From the NCBI GenBank assembly GCA_951406725.2, contig OX597820.1, positions 112,468,001 through 112,532,000 on the forward strand: a stretch of 64,000 bases of DNA, read 5' to 3'. The DNA comes from Octopus vulgaris (Eukaryota). Under the pieces are notes generated by a model. The model did no database searches. It was given only the letters and a program-made list of their open reading frames with translations, and had not been told where the DNA came from. The translations under genes and the position numbers were made by a program. Below, in pieces: positions 51,903 through 64,000 of the stretch. The number at the start of each line of letters is the position of its first letter. Position 1 is the first letter of the stretch.

Positions 51903-54438
51903 GCGTACGAACTAGTCATAGCTAGACATGGTTCATGGTAATATACATATTTATACACAATATCACAAGTAATACACAGTAATACGAAAGACATACTTAC
52001 ACACACATACACACTGATACCAACACAAACAGCTTACACATTTAGTAACACACATAAACACATATGCATACCCTTGTACATACAAACATATGAACACACA
52101 TATGTATACATGCAAATAGATAGCTACTAACTGTCAGAGAACATATATACATATATATATATATACACATACAGGCATACGTACATACATACATATATAC
52201 ATACATGCATATATATATGCTTACATATATATATATCCTTGTATGTATATATAATACACACACACACACACACACTCACACACACGCACACACACACGCA
52301 CACACATACACACACACACACACACACATATATACGCATAGTAAGAAATACTTACAGACAGTGCCCTGGAGCTACATGAAAACAAAACATAGCAAAAACA
52401 CGCATGCACACATACACATATACACTCACAGACACATGCACACACAAACACACATACACGCAAACACATGCACACCATCACATTGAGATTTTCATATAAG
52501 AGTGAACAATAATACAAACAGAAATATCAACATAGCTAACAACACACCCCAAAATATATATGCAAGCATATATGCAGACATATCTACACATACAAATATA
52601 TACCAAATGCTCATATATCATACATAGACACTCACATAGACACAGGGAGCCATATAGTAAAACAGAAACACACACACACACACACATGTAGTAATATACT
52701 AAAACACCCAGATACAGTGACACACCACATACCAAAACACACACATATACATATATGTATAATGACATACAAAAACACATACATACGGACATAGATGTAT
52801 TATAATCACATGCAAAACACACATACATGCACTGACATATACAGTAACAGTAAAACCTCACACATACGTAGACGTATTGATGCTTACAAAAACACTCAAA
52901 TACAAACATTAACAGTAAAACACACACATGTAAAAGCAAACACACATATGGACACAAATGGTCACAGTGTAACACACACATAGATATACATACAAATGCA
53001 CATATAAACTGATGAGGTGGGGTGGAGGAGGAAAAGTAGAATGATGGAAGAAAGAAGCAATTATCACCTGTGGTGTTCCTGTCCACCCCACCCCCTGCTA
53101 CTGTCACCCCTCTCTCTCTCTCTCTCTCTCGAATCTCTGCAATAATAGCACTGCCATTTCTGAAACTATCTCCATGCTATATTGCACCTTGTTTAGGTGT
53201 GTGTGTATGTGTATGTGTGTGTGTGTTTGTGTGTGTGTGTGTGGAAATAAAAGAGAAACATTCAGAGGTACATAAGGATAAAAATTATCTGACTTCTCTG
53301 AACACACACATTCACACGCACACACACACACACACACACATGCACATGCACACACACACACACATGCACAAATACATACAAACATAGTCAGAGCTTTGCT
53401 TTTATCTCAAATTAGTGCTTATGATGTGTAATATATACACACAAACACACATATATATACACACAAACACACACACATACATGCATTTATATATGTGTAT
53501 GCATACATGCATGCACACACACACACACATATCATCATCATCGTTTTAACAGTCATTTTTGCATGCTTGGATGGGTTAGACAGAAATTGTTGAAGCAGAT
53601 TTTTTTACAGCAGGATGCCCTTCCTGTTGCCAACCCTCACATGTTTCCAAGTTAGGTAATATTTTCTCCATGCCAAGACATGTTTTCAAGGAAGACTGAA
53701 AATGAAGGACATGGCTTGTAAGTCAGTGACGCTTGACAGAATTGAAGATGACAGGCACATACATATATACATGAACCCATAGAGATACACACCCAAATGT
53801 AAATATGTATGTATACATGTGTATGTGTGTGCGTGTATATATATATATACTCTTTTACTCTTTTACTTGTTTTAGTCATTTTGACTATGGCCATGCTGGA
53901 GCACCGCCTTTAGTCGACCAAATCGACCCCGGGACTTATTCTTTGTAAGCCCAGTACTTATTCTATCGGTCTCTTTTGTTGAACCGCTAAGTGACGGGGA
54001 CGTAAATACACCAGCATCGGTTGTCAAGCAATGCTAGGGGGACAAACACAGACACACAAACACACACACATATATATATATACATATATACGACAGGCTT
54101 CTTTCAGTTTCCATCTACCAAATCCACTCACAAGGCTTTGGTTGGCCCGGGGCTATAGCAGAAGACACTTGCCCAAGATGCCACGCAGTGGGACTGAACC
54201 TGGAACCATGTGGTTGGTTAGCAAGCTACTTACTACACAGCCACTCCTGCGCCTATATATATAATTTATTTAAATTGGCTGTGGTAATTTAACTGCAGAT
54301 TAATTTCCGACCTCAGAGCGCCAAAGTGAAGACATTTGAAAAATACACCCAAATATAATTTGTAGAACTTTATACATGTTCGATTTCGGTTGAGCATTCT
54401 GTATCTAGTTCTGGAAATTGTGTTTTGTAAGTGACAGA

Positions 54439-54511
54439 CTATGCTGATGATCTTGCAGATATTTGCATGTTTATATACGTAAATATTAACAAGTGAAACC
54501 ATGGTACATAG
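54439..54511 (+). ncRNA. Type-I hammerhead ribozyme motif, family B, intact core
   Basis: Stem I CUAUG/CAUAG; CUGAUGA; long stem II (CUUG...CAAG plus extended hairpin); GAAA; palindromic stem III ACCAUGGU; GUA^ cleavage predicted after 54506. Confidence 0.88.
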
Positions 54512-54676
54512 GTAATCGTTTTTTATTTCGTATATTTTCATTTGTCTTGCATATCTTTACATTTTGGCATTTTGCTGAGATTTTTTTCTTGAGAACACAT
54601 TCTTCGTGGTAATGACAATTTTACGTCTATGTTTAGCATATAGGGTGTCCACTGTAGTCGTCATTCCTCTAAATTT

Positions 54677-54741
<65 letters not shown>

Positions 54742-54945
54742 TAATGTAAACAAGAAAAATAGAACTCAAAATATGAGTATATGTATATTTTTATTAATGT
54801 TTGGCAGAAGCAACGGAGTGATTCAAGGGCTGAGAGTTTTATGCGTTGGCACTCATCAAAGTTTGACAAGTGCCGACACATGAAACTCTTGGACCTTGTG
54901 TCATTCTGTTACTTCTACTAAACATTAATATGTATATAGATATAC

Positions 54946-54980
<35 letters not shown>

Positions 54981-55470
54981 TGTGTGCGTGTGTGTGTAAT
55001 TATTTATTTAATAAACACAATATATACTTTTATGAGCCACTAATAGTTTCATGTGATGAAGACGTCTCAGACAGCATTTTTTAGCATATCAGGGTATAGC
55101 TTTTATCTTCTCTTTTTTTTACTTGTTTCGGTCATTTTGGTGCGGCCATGTTGGGACACCACCATTTTAAGTTTTAGTCAACCAAATCAACTCCCCGATT
55201 TCTTTTTTAAGCCTGGTGCTTATTCTATCAGTTTCTTTTTGCCAAACCTCTAAGTTATGGGGACATAGACAAACAAACATCAGTTTTTAAGCAGTGGTGG
55301 GAAACAAACACAGACCTAAAGATATACACATGTAGACACACTCACACATATACAACAGGCTTCTTTCAAATATATATATATATATATATATTTCCATATA
55401 TACATATATGTGTATATATAAATGTTTTTTATCATAAATTAATTTAGCATTTTCTACCTTGACTTATTAT

Positions 55471-55515
<45 letters not shown>

Positions 55516-55536
55516 TACGAAATAAAAAACGATTAC

Positions 55537-55609
55537 CTATGTACCATGGTTTCACTTGTTAATATTTACGTATATAAACATGCAAATATCTGCAAGATCA
55601 TCAGCATAG
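55537..55609 (-). ncRNA. Type-I hammerhead ribozyme motif, family B, identical inverted copy on the BMAL1 sense strand
   Basis: Reverse complement of 54439-54511. Confidence 0.88.
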
Positions 55610-56118
55610 TCTGTCACTTACAAAACACAATTTCCAGAACTAGATACAGAATGCTCAACCGAAATCGAACATGTATAAAGTTCTACAAATTATATTTGGG
55701 TGTATTTTTCAAATGTCTTCACTATATCATCATCGTTTAACATCCACTTTCCATGCTAGCATGGGTTGGACAGTTTGACTATGGGCTGGCGAACCAGATG
55801 GCTGCACCAGGCTCCAGTCTTGATCTGGCAGAGTTTCTACAGCTGGATGCCATTCCTAACGCCAACCACTCTGAGAGTGTAGTGGGTGCTTTTACGTACC
55901 ACCGGCACGGGGGCCAGTCAGGCGGTACTGGCAACGACCTCGCTCAAATTTTTTTTTGTTACACATGCCAACGGCACAGGTGCCAGTAAGGTGTTGCTGG
56001 TAATGATCCCGCTTGAATGGTGCCTCCTACATGCCACCGGCATGGAAGCCAGTTAGCCGCTCTGGCAACAATCATGCTCAGATGGTGCTCTAAACACCCT
56101 ACTAGCACAGGGCACAAG

Positions 56119-56155
<37 letters not shown>

Positions 56156-56165
56156 TACCATGCCA

Positions 56166-56268
56166 GGGCAACTGATACCAGGACAGCTCAATCCTGGACA
56201 ACTCATGTCAGGCAACTCATACCTGGACAATTGATATCTAGGACAACTGATATACAGGACAACTAATA
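56166..56268. repeat. 15-bp minisatellite, about 7 units
   Basis: Consensus GGACAACTGATACCW, head to tail, no unique spacers. Confidence 0.8.
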
Positions 56269-57141
56269 ACAGGTATAAAGAGATAAAGATTTTTTGAAAG
56301 AAATTTTGGTGTGTGTGTGCACGCATTTGGTAAAGGAAATCTTAAATCAGGACGATAGCTGACAATTAAAGAGGCGAGACCCTAGTAAACCAATGATGAT
56401 AATACGGGGGAAATTTTATCATGGGATACTATAGTTAGATATTTTAAACAATATTGCCATATTGTATAAAGTTAAAATTTAGGGTTATTCAGAAGATTTT
56501 AAAGAAAAATATTATAACAAGAAGATAAAATTGTTTTGAATACTTTTGAGTATATACCAAATTTCACCACAATAGAGGGAGGAAAAGAAATTACATAGAA
56601 GTAGTTTAATATTTATACATATTATATACTTAAATATCAACTTTATTAGATGGTATCTTTTGAGATTGATCATTGGTATTTACTGGTATTAAATAAAGGA
56701 GTACTGAGGCAAAAGAACATACTAACTATATATTAATTAAATTATAATCTAAGCAGTTTATTTTAAGTAGTGAAGATACTGGTATTGTTTTATATAAGCT
56801 AAGTATGAATATATAGGGGTACAAAAATTAAATTTATTTAATAAATAAAGGCTATTATATATGTGTGTGTGTGCGTATTTGCTTGTGTGTGTATGTGTGT
56901 GTGATGGACTCTCCCATCAGTTTTAACATATGAAGATCTGACAACCTGCACTTTCTTTGTCAGTCATAATGCTTATGTTAAATTGAGTCTCACCAACGAT
57001 TTGCAAAGAAGCCCACAGATGCTGCAAGTATGAGGATTATGGTTCAGTGCAGGCAGTATACTTGCAGCCACTTTTCACCTTTGTCTTGCACCCCTTGGCC
57101 TCATATGCATATATGTATATATATATATATATATATGAATA

Positions 57142-57174
<33 letters not shown>

Positions 57175-57257
57175 AAATATGAATAAAATATGAATTATAC
57201 TGTGAAATTTGATTTAATAGTAGATTGAATTTTTCCCTGTAAGTTTGGAGTTATACT

Positions 57258-57309
<52 letters not shown>

Positions 57310-58768
57310 GTATCTATGTATATATTTTTATACATACACACATACATACACACACATACACGTACACACACACGATAGACTTTTTTCAGTTTACATTCAC
57401 CAAATTCATTAACAAGGTTTTGATTCAGTGGAAAGCAAACATCTTAGCCACTCGTGTATGGATGTATGAAAGTGTTTGGTCTAGTGCTTAGGGTTTTGGT
57501 TTCACAATGATCATTGGCTCAGTTCCTGGACCAGCAAGCGCATTATTTCCTTGAGCAAGACACTTCATTTTGCTTCACTTTCAGCTTATTCACTCCAAAA
57601 TAAGTAACATAGTCCAGTGCAGTTCTCTTCCAATCCAGCGATCTCATTTTTGATATTCTGTTGGATGAAGACTGTAGAGCTTAGAGAGTTCTATGTCTGC
57701 TTGTGATTAAATAGGTACCAAAAACTGCAAGACAAACCATGGTACATGCAACCAAATCATACTGGCTTGCATGTGATGGCTAAGCTTTTTCCGATTGCAC
57801 ATGCATATGTGTGTGCACGTGTGTGTGTGTGTGTGTGTGTCTGTGTGGTGATCGTTACCAACGTTGCTTCACTGGCACCTGTGCTAGTGGCACATGTAAA
57901 AAGAGTCGAGTGAGGTCATTGCCAGTACTGCCTGACTGGCTCCCGTGCTAGTGGCATGTAAAAAGCACCCACTACACTCTCGGAGTGGTTGGCGTTAGGA
58001 AGGGCATCCAGCTGTAGAAACTCTGCCAGATGAAGATTGGAGCTTGGTGCTGCCATCAGGTTCGCCAGCCCCCAGTCAAAATCGTCCAACCCATGCTAGC
58101 ATGGAAAACAGACGTTAAGCAATGATGATGATGATGACATAGCTGCTCTCTTGTCTCCAGGGTCATGACACATTTTCTTAATGGGATGTCAATTCTGGAG
58201 AATTGAAGATTGCTTGATAATATATCTCCTTATTGTTCAAAGTTGGTTACCACATTTGCTGTTAGGCATTTGCTTATCTTCTGTTGAAGTGAAGACAACT
58301 TTCAAGAGATGAAAAATTTATCTTGTATAGTGTTTCATAAATCATTCATGCAAAGAATGACAACAAAGAATGGTTAACAAATAGAAGTATTTCTCCTTTT
58401 TAAAATCTATGTATGTGTGTGTGTAGACATCAGTGAATGAGTGACATCAGTGATGGGTCCATCTTCCGACAGGTAACTGTAAGTATTATGATAAGTTTTG
58501 GCTCTCTATACTTTAGGATCTCTGATGGCTGTTATTCACTCCTGAGAATTTCCAATCTTTGAGCAGGTGCACTTTCTCTTCAACTCCCTCCTAGAAAATT
58601 GGAGTATCTCCATGTTCTCTGTTATTCTTGTTGCTGTTAAAATTGTTGAGAATGTTGCTGTCATGATGGATATTTAATGCTATACATTCTGAAAAATATA
58701 CCCACTCTACTGAGAGATATATGAGTGCATCTTTTCCCTGACTTATGGTCTCTTAGATGACTCATGTA

Positions 58769-58951
<183 letters not shown>

Positions 58952-60320
58952 CAACAGTCTTTTTTCAGATTCTACCAACTCTATTCACAAGGCTTTGGTT
59001 GGCCTGAGGCTATAGTAGAAGACACTTGCCCAAGGTGCCACACAATGGGTTTGAGCCTAGAATCATGTGGTTGAGAAGCAAACTTCTTACCACACAGCCA
59101 CTTTGAGAAAGTATGAAAAAAATCCTCTTAAAGGGGTATCTGTGAGTGGATATAGTTATAAACAATACCATTAAGTTATATAAGGGTAAAAAAACCTATT
59201 GGATGGTAAAAAATGGCTGAAGGAACATGAACTTGGATCTGCTGTACTCAATGTAAACAGGTTTACTTTCTTTTCAGAACAAAGCATCTAATTTGATGAA
59301 AGACGGTCTGAAGACTAATATAATCATTAATATGTCTGCCAAGAGAGTAGATGATGCAGGTTCAAGTCCTTAGGTAGCTTTCAACCTTTTGTCCCATCCC
59401 TGATGATTTTTAACCTAGTATATTACATGCTAACATAACTGCAGTCGGGTGGTGAGCCAACTGAATTATTAGCATGCTGGGCAAAATGGTCAGTGGTATT
59501 TCATCTGTCTTCACATTCTGAGTTCAAATTCCACTGAGGTCGACTTTGCCTTTCATCCTCATAGGATTGATGAAATAAGTACTAATTTAGTACTGGGGTT
59601 GATGTAATCGATGTACCCCTTCACCCAAACTTGCTGGCCTTGACCATTAAACTGATTGACCAATAAACTGATTTATTACATGTATATGAGTACTTTAGTT
59701 TCAGGTAAATTTTGACAGACAAGCAACCATGGCTGTGTGGTAAGTAGTTTACTTCCCAACCACATGGTTTTGAGTTCAGTTGCACTCTGTGGAACCCTGG
59801 ACTAGTGTCTTCCACTATAGCTTTGGGCTGACTAAAATCTTGTATACGTTGTTTAAAAGTGTTTAGTTACAAAGAAATTATTTTAAAAATCTGCCGGTCA
59901 AAGCGAAAAGATCCCTGAATTGTTGTTATTTATCGCTAAAATTGTTTAAATTCTATTTTATTTGACAAAATGCCTCAAATGCAAGACTCTATGTAATAGT
60001 GTTGAGTCACTCAATTAATGAACCAATCAGTCCTTTAAAATATTTATCTGTCTATTTATTCAGTTAATTACTTTTAATGTTATTAAGCTAAAAGTGGAAT
60101 GAAGGGAGGTAACTCTGGGTTATTAAGGTCTAATTAGAATAACACTCAAAAATTTAGGTCCATTATTCAATCAATCAATCAACTGATTAATTAATTAATC
60201 AGTTAATTTATTGGTTCTGTAATTGGGTTGCATATCAATGCCTGTATCTATATACATACATATGTATATACAATATTTATATATATATATACACATACAT
60301 ACATATATGTATATATGCAA

Positions 60321-60359
<39 letters not shown>

Positions 60360-60530
60360 TGCACATAGATACATATATATACACACATAATTAAATGTAA
60401 ATTATAAGCTAGTCAATGTCTATAAAAATAACCATCCAGCCCATGCTAGCATGGAAAACGGACGTTAAACGATAATGATGATGATGATATACATACATAC
60501 ATGCATATATATATATATACATGTATATTA

Positions 60531-60566
<36 letters not shown>

Positions 60567-60978
60567 TGTATGTATGTATGTATGTATTCCTCATTTATAT
60601 ACCTTTTCATTCCTACATAATTACAATAATCTGAAGATAAATTGATTATTTAAATTCCACTATTACTTTTCGTTTGATAATTTTCTCTTTCCTCTGTTTA
60701 TACTTTGTCTAATGAGAATAATATAATACACCTAATAATAATAATAATTGATTCCTTTGTATACATATACATATATATATAAATGTATAGCTATGTATTT
60801 ATGTATATGTATGTATGTATATGTAAAAATGTGTATATATGTATGTATTTATATTTATAATTTAACCTTATGAACTTTCTAAACTTTCTTACGAAGCCCA
60901 GAGGCACATCCAAGTACCTTAATCTTATCTACCAAATACTTCAGTTCACTGAAGGGATGGAAGTAAAGTGGGGTACTA

Positions 60979-62249
60979 CGAGGGGTGTTTGAAAAGTTTT
61001 GAGCCTAACCTAGAAACGGGCTGCTAGGTAGCTGAAACAATTTTTTCTGGTAAGTACAGTCTTTTCAGAGTATTCTTGATCATTTTCATGATTCTGATAT
61101 TTTAATTTTTTTTGTTTCAGATTTTTGAATAAACAAGTGTCGAGGTTACAAGGAAAATGGAGAAAACAACAGTGTATCATGCTGTCATAAAATACCTTCA
61201 TTTGAAAGGCATGACTCCATCAGACATCCATGAAGATAAGGTGAGAACCTTAACAGACAATGCTCCTTCATATGCAACAGTCAAACGCTGGGTAAATGAA
61301 TTCAAACGTGGCAGGGAGAGTGTGGAAGATAATCCCACACCAGGGAGGCCTCCAACTGCAACCACCGAGGACAACATTGACCTTGCTCTTGGTATGATAA
61401 TGTAAGATCAACAAATATCATGTCGCCAAATAGCTGAGAGACTGGACATCTCAAATGAAAGAGCTAACAGCATTGTGACAAAAGAACTTGGATTCTCAAA
61501 GGTTTCTGCAGGGTGGGTCCCTCGCTTTGTAACTAAACTCCTGAACAGAAAAGCATTAGGTGCACTTTGTCCACAAGCAATCTGTAACTGTTTGAAGCCG
61601 ATGGAGAGAATTTTCTTGCTCATTTCACTACTATGGATGAAAGTTGGGTCCATCAGCCTGAAACCAAAGAACAATCAAAGCAGTGGAAGCTCACATCTTG
61701 TCCTACTCCAAAGAAGGCCAGGGTCATTCCTTCAGCTGGAAAGGTCATGGTGTCTGTTTTTTTGGATTCTCAAGGTGTCTTGCTGATCAATTACCTTGAA
61801 AAGGGTCACACCATGACAGGGCTGTATTATTCTCAGCTACTGAAATGCCCCCGAGAAGTAATCAAAGAAAAAAGGCCGGGAATGCTCACCAGAGGAGTCC
61901 TTTTTTCATCACAACAATGCTCCAGCCCATTCGTCAGTGGTTGCCATGGCAACAATTCGTATTTGTGGATACGAACTTGTTCCCCATCTGCCTTATTCAC
62001 CAGACTTATCCCCCTCTGACTTTCATCTATTCCCCAAAATGAAAAAAAGCCCTGGCTGATCACCATTTTGCCAGTGACGTTTCTTGGAGTCACAAACAGA
62101 AGGGTTCTTCTACGCTGGGATAATGGCACTTCAGCACCGCTGGAAAAAGTGTTCAGCCATCGAGGGGGACTCTGTTGAAAAATAAATCATCAGAAGTCTT
62201 GTACCATGTTTTGTTCTTTTGAGGCTCAAGATTTTTCAGACACCCCTCG
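60979..62249 (+). mobile_element. Full-length but defective mariner transposon
   Basis: TA target duplication at 60977-60978 and 62250-62251; ~28-bp TIRs CGAGGGGTGTTTGAAAAGTTTTGAGCCT / AGGCTCAAGATTTTTCAGACACCCCTCG; transposase remnants from 61157 with WVPR, MDESWVH, YSPDLSPSDFHLFP; stops and frameshifts. Confidence 0.95.
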
Positions 62250-63099
62250 TATGACCTCTTGGCTGAAACAGCTGTAAGAAACTATTCTACTTTCAATGTT
62301 CTACGTTACATATTTTAATAATTACTGGTATTTTTATATGTGTAAAGCATAAAATGTTATACATGTATGTATATTGTTATAATAATTTTAAAAAAAAAAT
62401 AAATAGACGTAATATAATGTCTAAAAGTTGATGAATACCACCTCTTGATCCCCTCTATTTTTTATTGCTGTATATATATATATATATCATCAACATCATC
62501 ATCATTTAATGTCAGTTGTCCATGCTGGCATGGGTTAGATGGTTTGACTGGGCTGGCACACTGGAAGGCTGTGCCAGGATCCAGTCTGATTTGGCATAGT
62601 TTTACACAGCCAGATGCCCTTCCTAATGCCACCCACACCAAGAGTGTAATGGGTACTTTTATGTGCCACCGGCAGGGGTGCCATTTGCATGACACTAGAG
62701 TGCATTAATGTGCCAGTGGCACGGATGTCAATTTGCATGACACTGATATCTGCCACGACTGTGATTTTGCTTGGTTTGCTTGGGTCTTCTTCTCAAGTAC
62801 GACGTAATGCCAAGGCCTTGCCTATTTCCTCCATGAGGCTCAATGCTCGAAATGAACTCAGCCACATTGCCTCTATATTAAGTAGAAAGTTTCCTATTCT
62901 TTACTTTACTTGAAGTAATAGTTTGTCCTATACTTTTACAGGTGTAATAACTTGTCCTGTACTTTTCCAGGTTTATAATCTTCAGAATACTATTTCTCTT
63001 GCTCGTATTTTTCCATGTAATCCATGATTATCCAGGCATTGCTGTTAATAATGTGTCAATTAATAATTTAAGATTTTACCTTATAAAAATACATATGTA

Positions 63100-63138
<39 letters not shown>

Positions 63139-63139
<1 letters not shown>

Positions 63140-63314
63140 TTTATTTTAAGCAGCAGAAAATTCAACAAAATCTGTTACTCTGAGTTTCTCGTTGCCGTTC
63201 ATCAGACAGTTTTTGCCGTTCATCAGACAGTTTTTCTAGCAAAAACTGTCTGATGAACGGCACAGAAACTCAGAGTAACAGATTTTGTTGAATTTTCTGC
63301 TGCTTAAAATAAAG
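63139..63314. mobile_element. Fold-back PLE-type element, family C, hammerhead motifs at 63172-63209 (-) and 63246-63281 (+, stem II partly deleted)
   Basis: CUGU CUGAUGA ACG-GCAA-CGA GAA ACUC-A-GAGU A^ ACAG; inverted arms with an internal ~21-bp duplication; (TA)n flanks. Confidence 0.82.
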
Positions 63315-64000
63315 CATATTACTCTACCACTGGTATTTGAGTACTCTTTTTTCCACCTTGTTTCACATTTATGTGTTTACTCCGGTATATATATATATAT
63401 ATATATATCATCAGTAGAAGTTAGAGAGTAAGTCAAAAGCTGAGAGTTTCGTGTATTGGCACTTATCAAACACAAATTTGTCCATTGTCACTCTGTAACT
63501 TGTGATGAAATAACTTCTAAAATACAAAATTTTGTAATAAATGTTAAGAGTAAACTCTGTTCTATGTGACACATTCTACCAGTATTGGAAGTTTGAAAGT
63601 GTTTAGTTAAAAAAAAAATAACTAAATAATCTGTACGTCTAATTGAATAGATCCGAAATGGAGGAAAGGCAAAGTCGACCTCAACGGAATTTGAACTCAG
63701 AACGAAATACTGCTTCTAAATTATGAAATTTTTTCAAAAACGTTATGAGTGAACCCTGTTCTATGTGACGCATTCTACCAGTATTGGAAGTTTGAAAGTG
63801 TTTAGTTAAAAAAAAAAATTAATGAAGTAATCAAAGTCAACCTCTGTGAAATTTGAACTCAAAAACGTAAAGACAGACAAAATACAGTTAAGCATTTCAC
63901 TCGACGCACTAACTTAGAAAGTAAACGTTGCTTTTAGGAATATATTCTTTATTCTTATAGCTGAAGCATTACTCTCTAACTTACTGACAGGAAATTTTGT

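Larger units (their letters stand above)
54325..55723. repeat. 213-bp apparently identical inverted repeats (54325-54537 and 55511-55723) around a ~970-bp spacer
   Basis: Direct comparison; the ORF track gives the same peptide MVSLVNIYVYKHANICK...FFKCLH on opposite strands. Confidence 0.92.

Noticed and set aside
51105-52012. Six overlapping ORFs of 211-276 aa
   Set aside because: Translations of the (TACA)n array; not coding.
56166-56268. CRISPR-like array
   Set aside because: 15-bp head-to-tail units without unique spacers, eukaryotic context, no cas genes.

Overview
AT-rich, microsatellite- and SINE-dense metazoan genomic DNA, very likely octopus (inferred from the SINE families and an expanded, GC-rich V7 region in an 18S rRNA fragment). 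The window lies inside one minus-strand gene, the circadian bHLH-PAS factor BMAL1/cycle (ARNTL). Nine phase-compatible exons from PAS-A through PAS-B/PAC into the C-terminal region were traced by hand (41412 down to 3393). No bHLH exon was found, so it presumably lies beyond position 64000. A candidate last exon near 1 kb seems to hold a frame-broken remnant of the BMAL1 C-terminal transactivation motif. The main hidden signal is in the introns: several unrelated families of minimal type-I hammerhead ribozyme motifs of the kind known from Penelope-like elements (PLEs). Most sit in fold-back (inverted-repeat) elements, one is tied to a PLE GIY-YIG ORF remnant, and several lie on the BMAL1 sense strand. 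An antisense 18S rRNA pseudogene fragment is joined by a perfect hairpin to a PLE terminal-repeat fragment, about 65 nt from a splice acceptor. Mariner, Tc1-like, hAT, piggyBac, Tigger, Helitron, LINE and SINE relics fill the rest. All coordinates and folds were read manually; no searches or folding programs were run.
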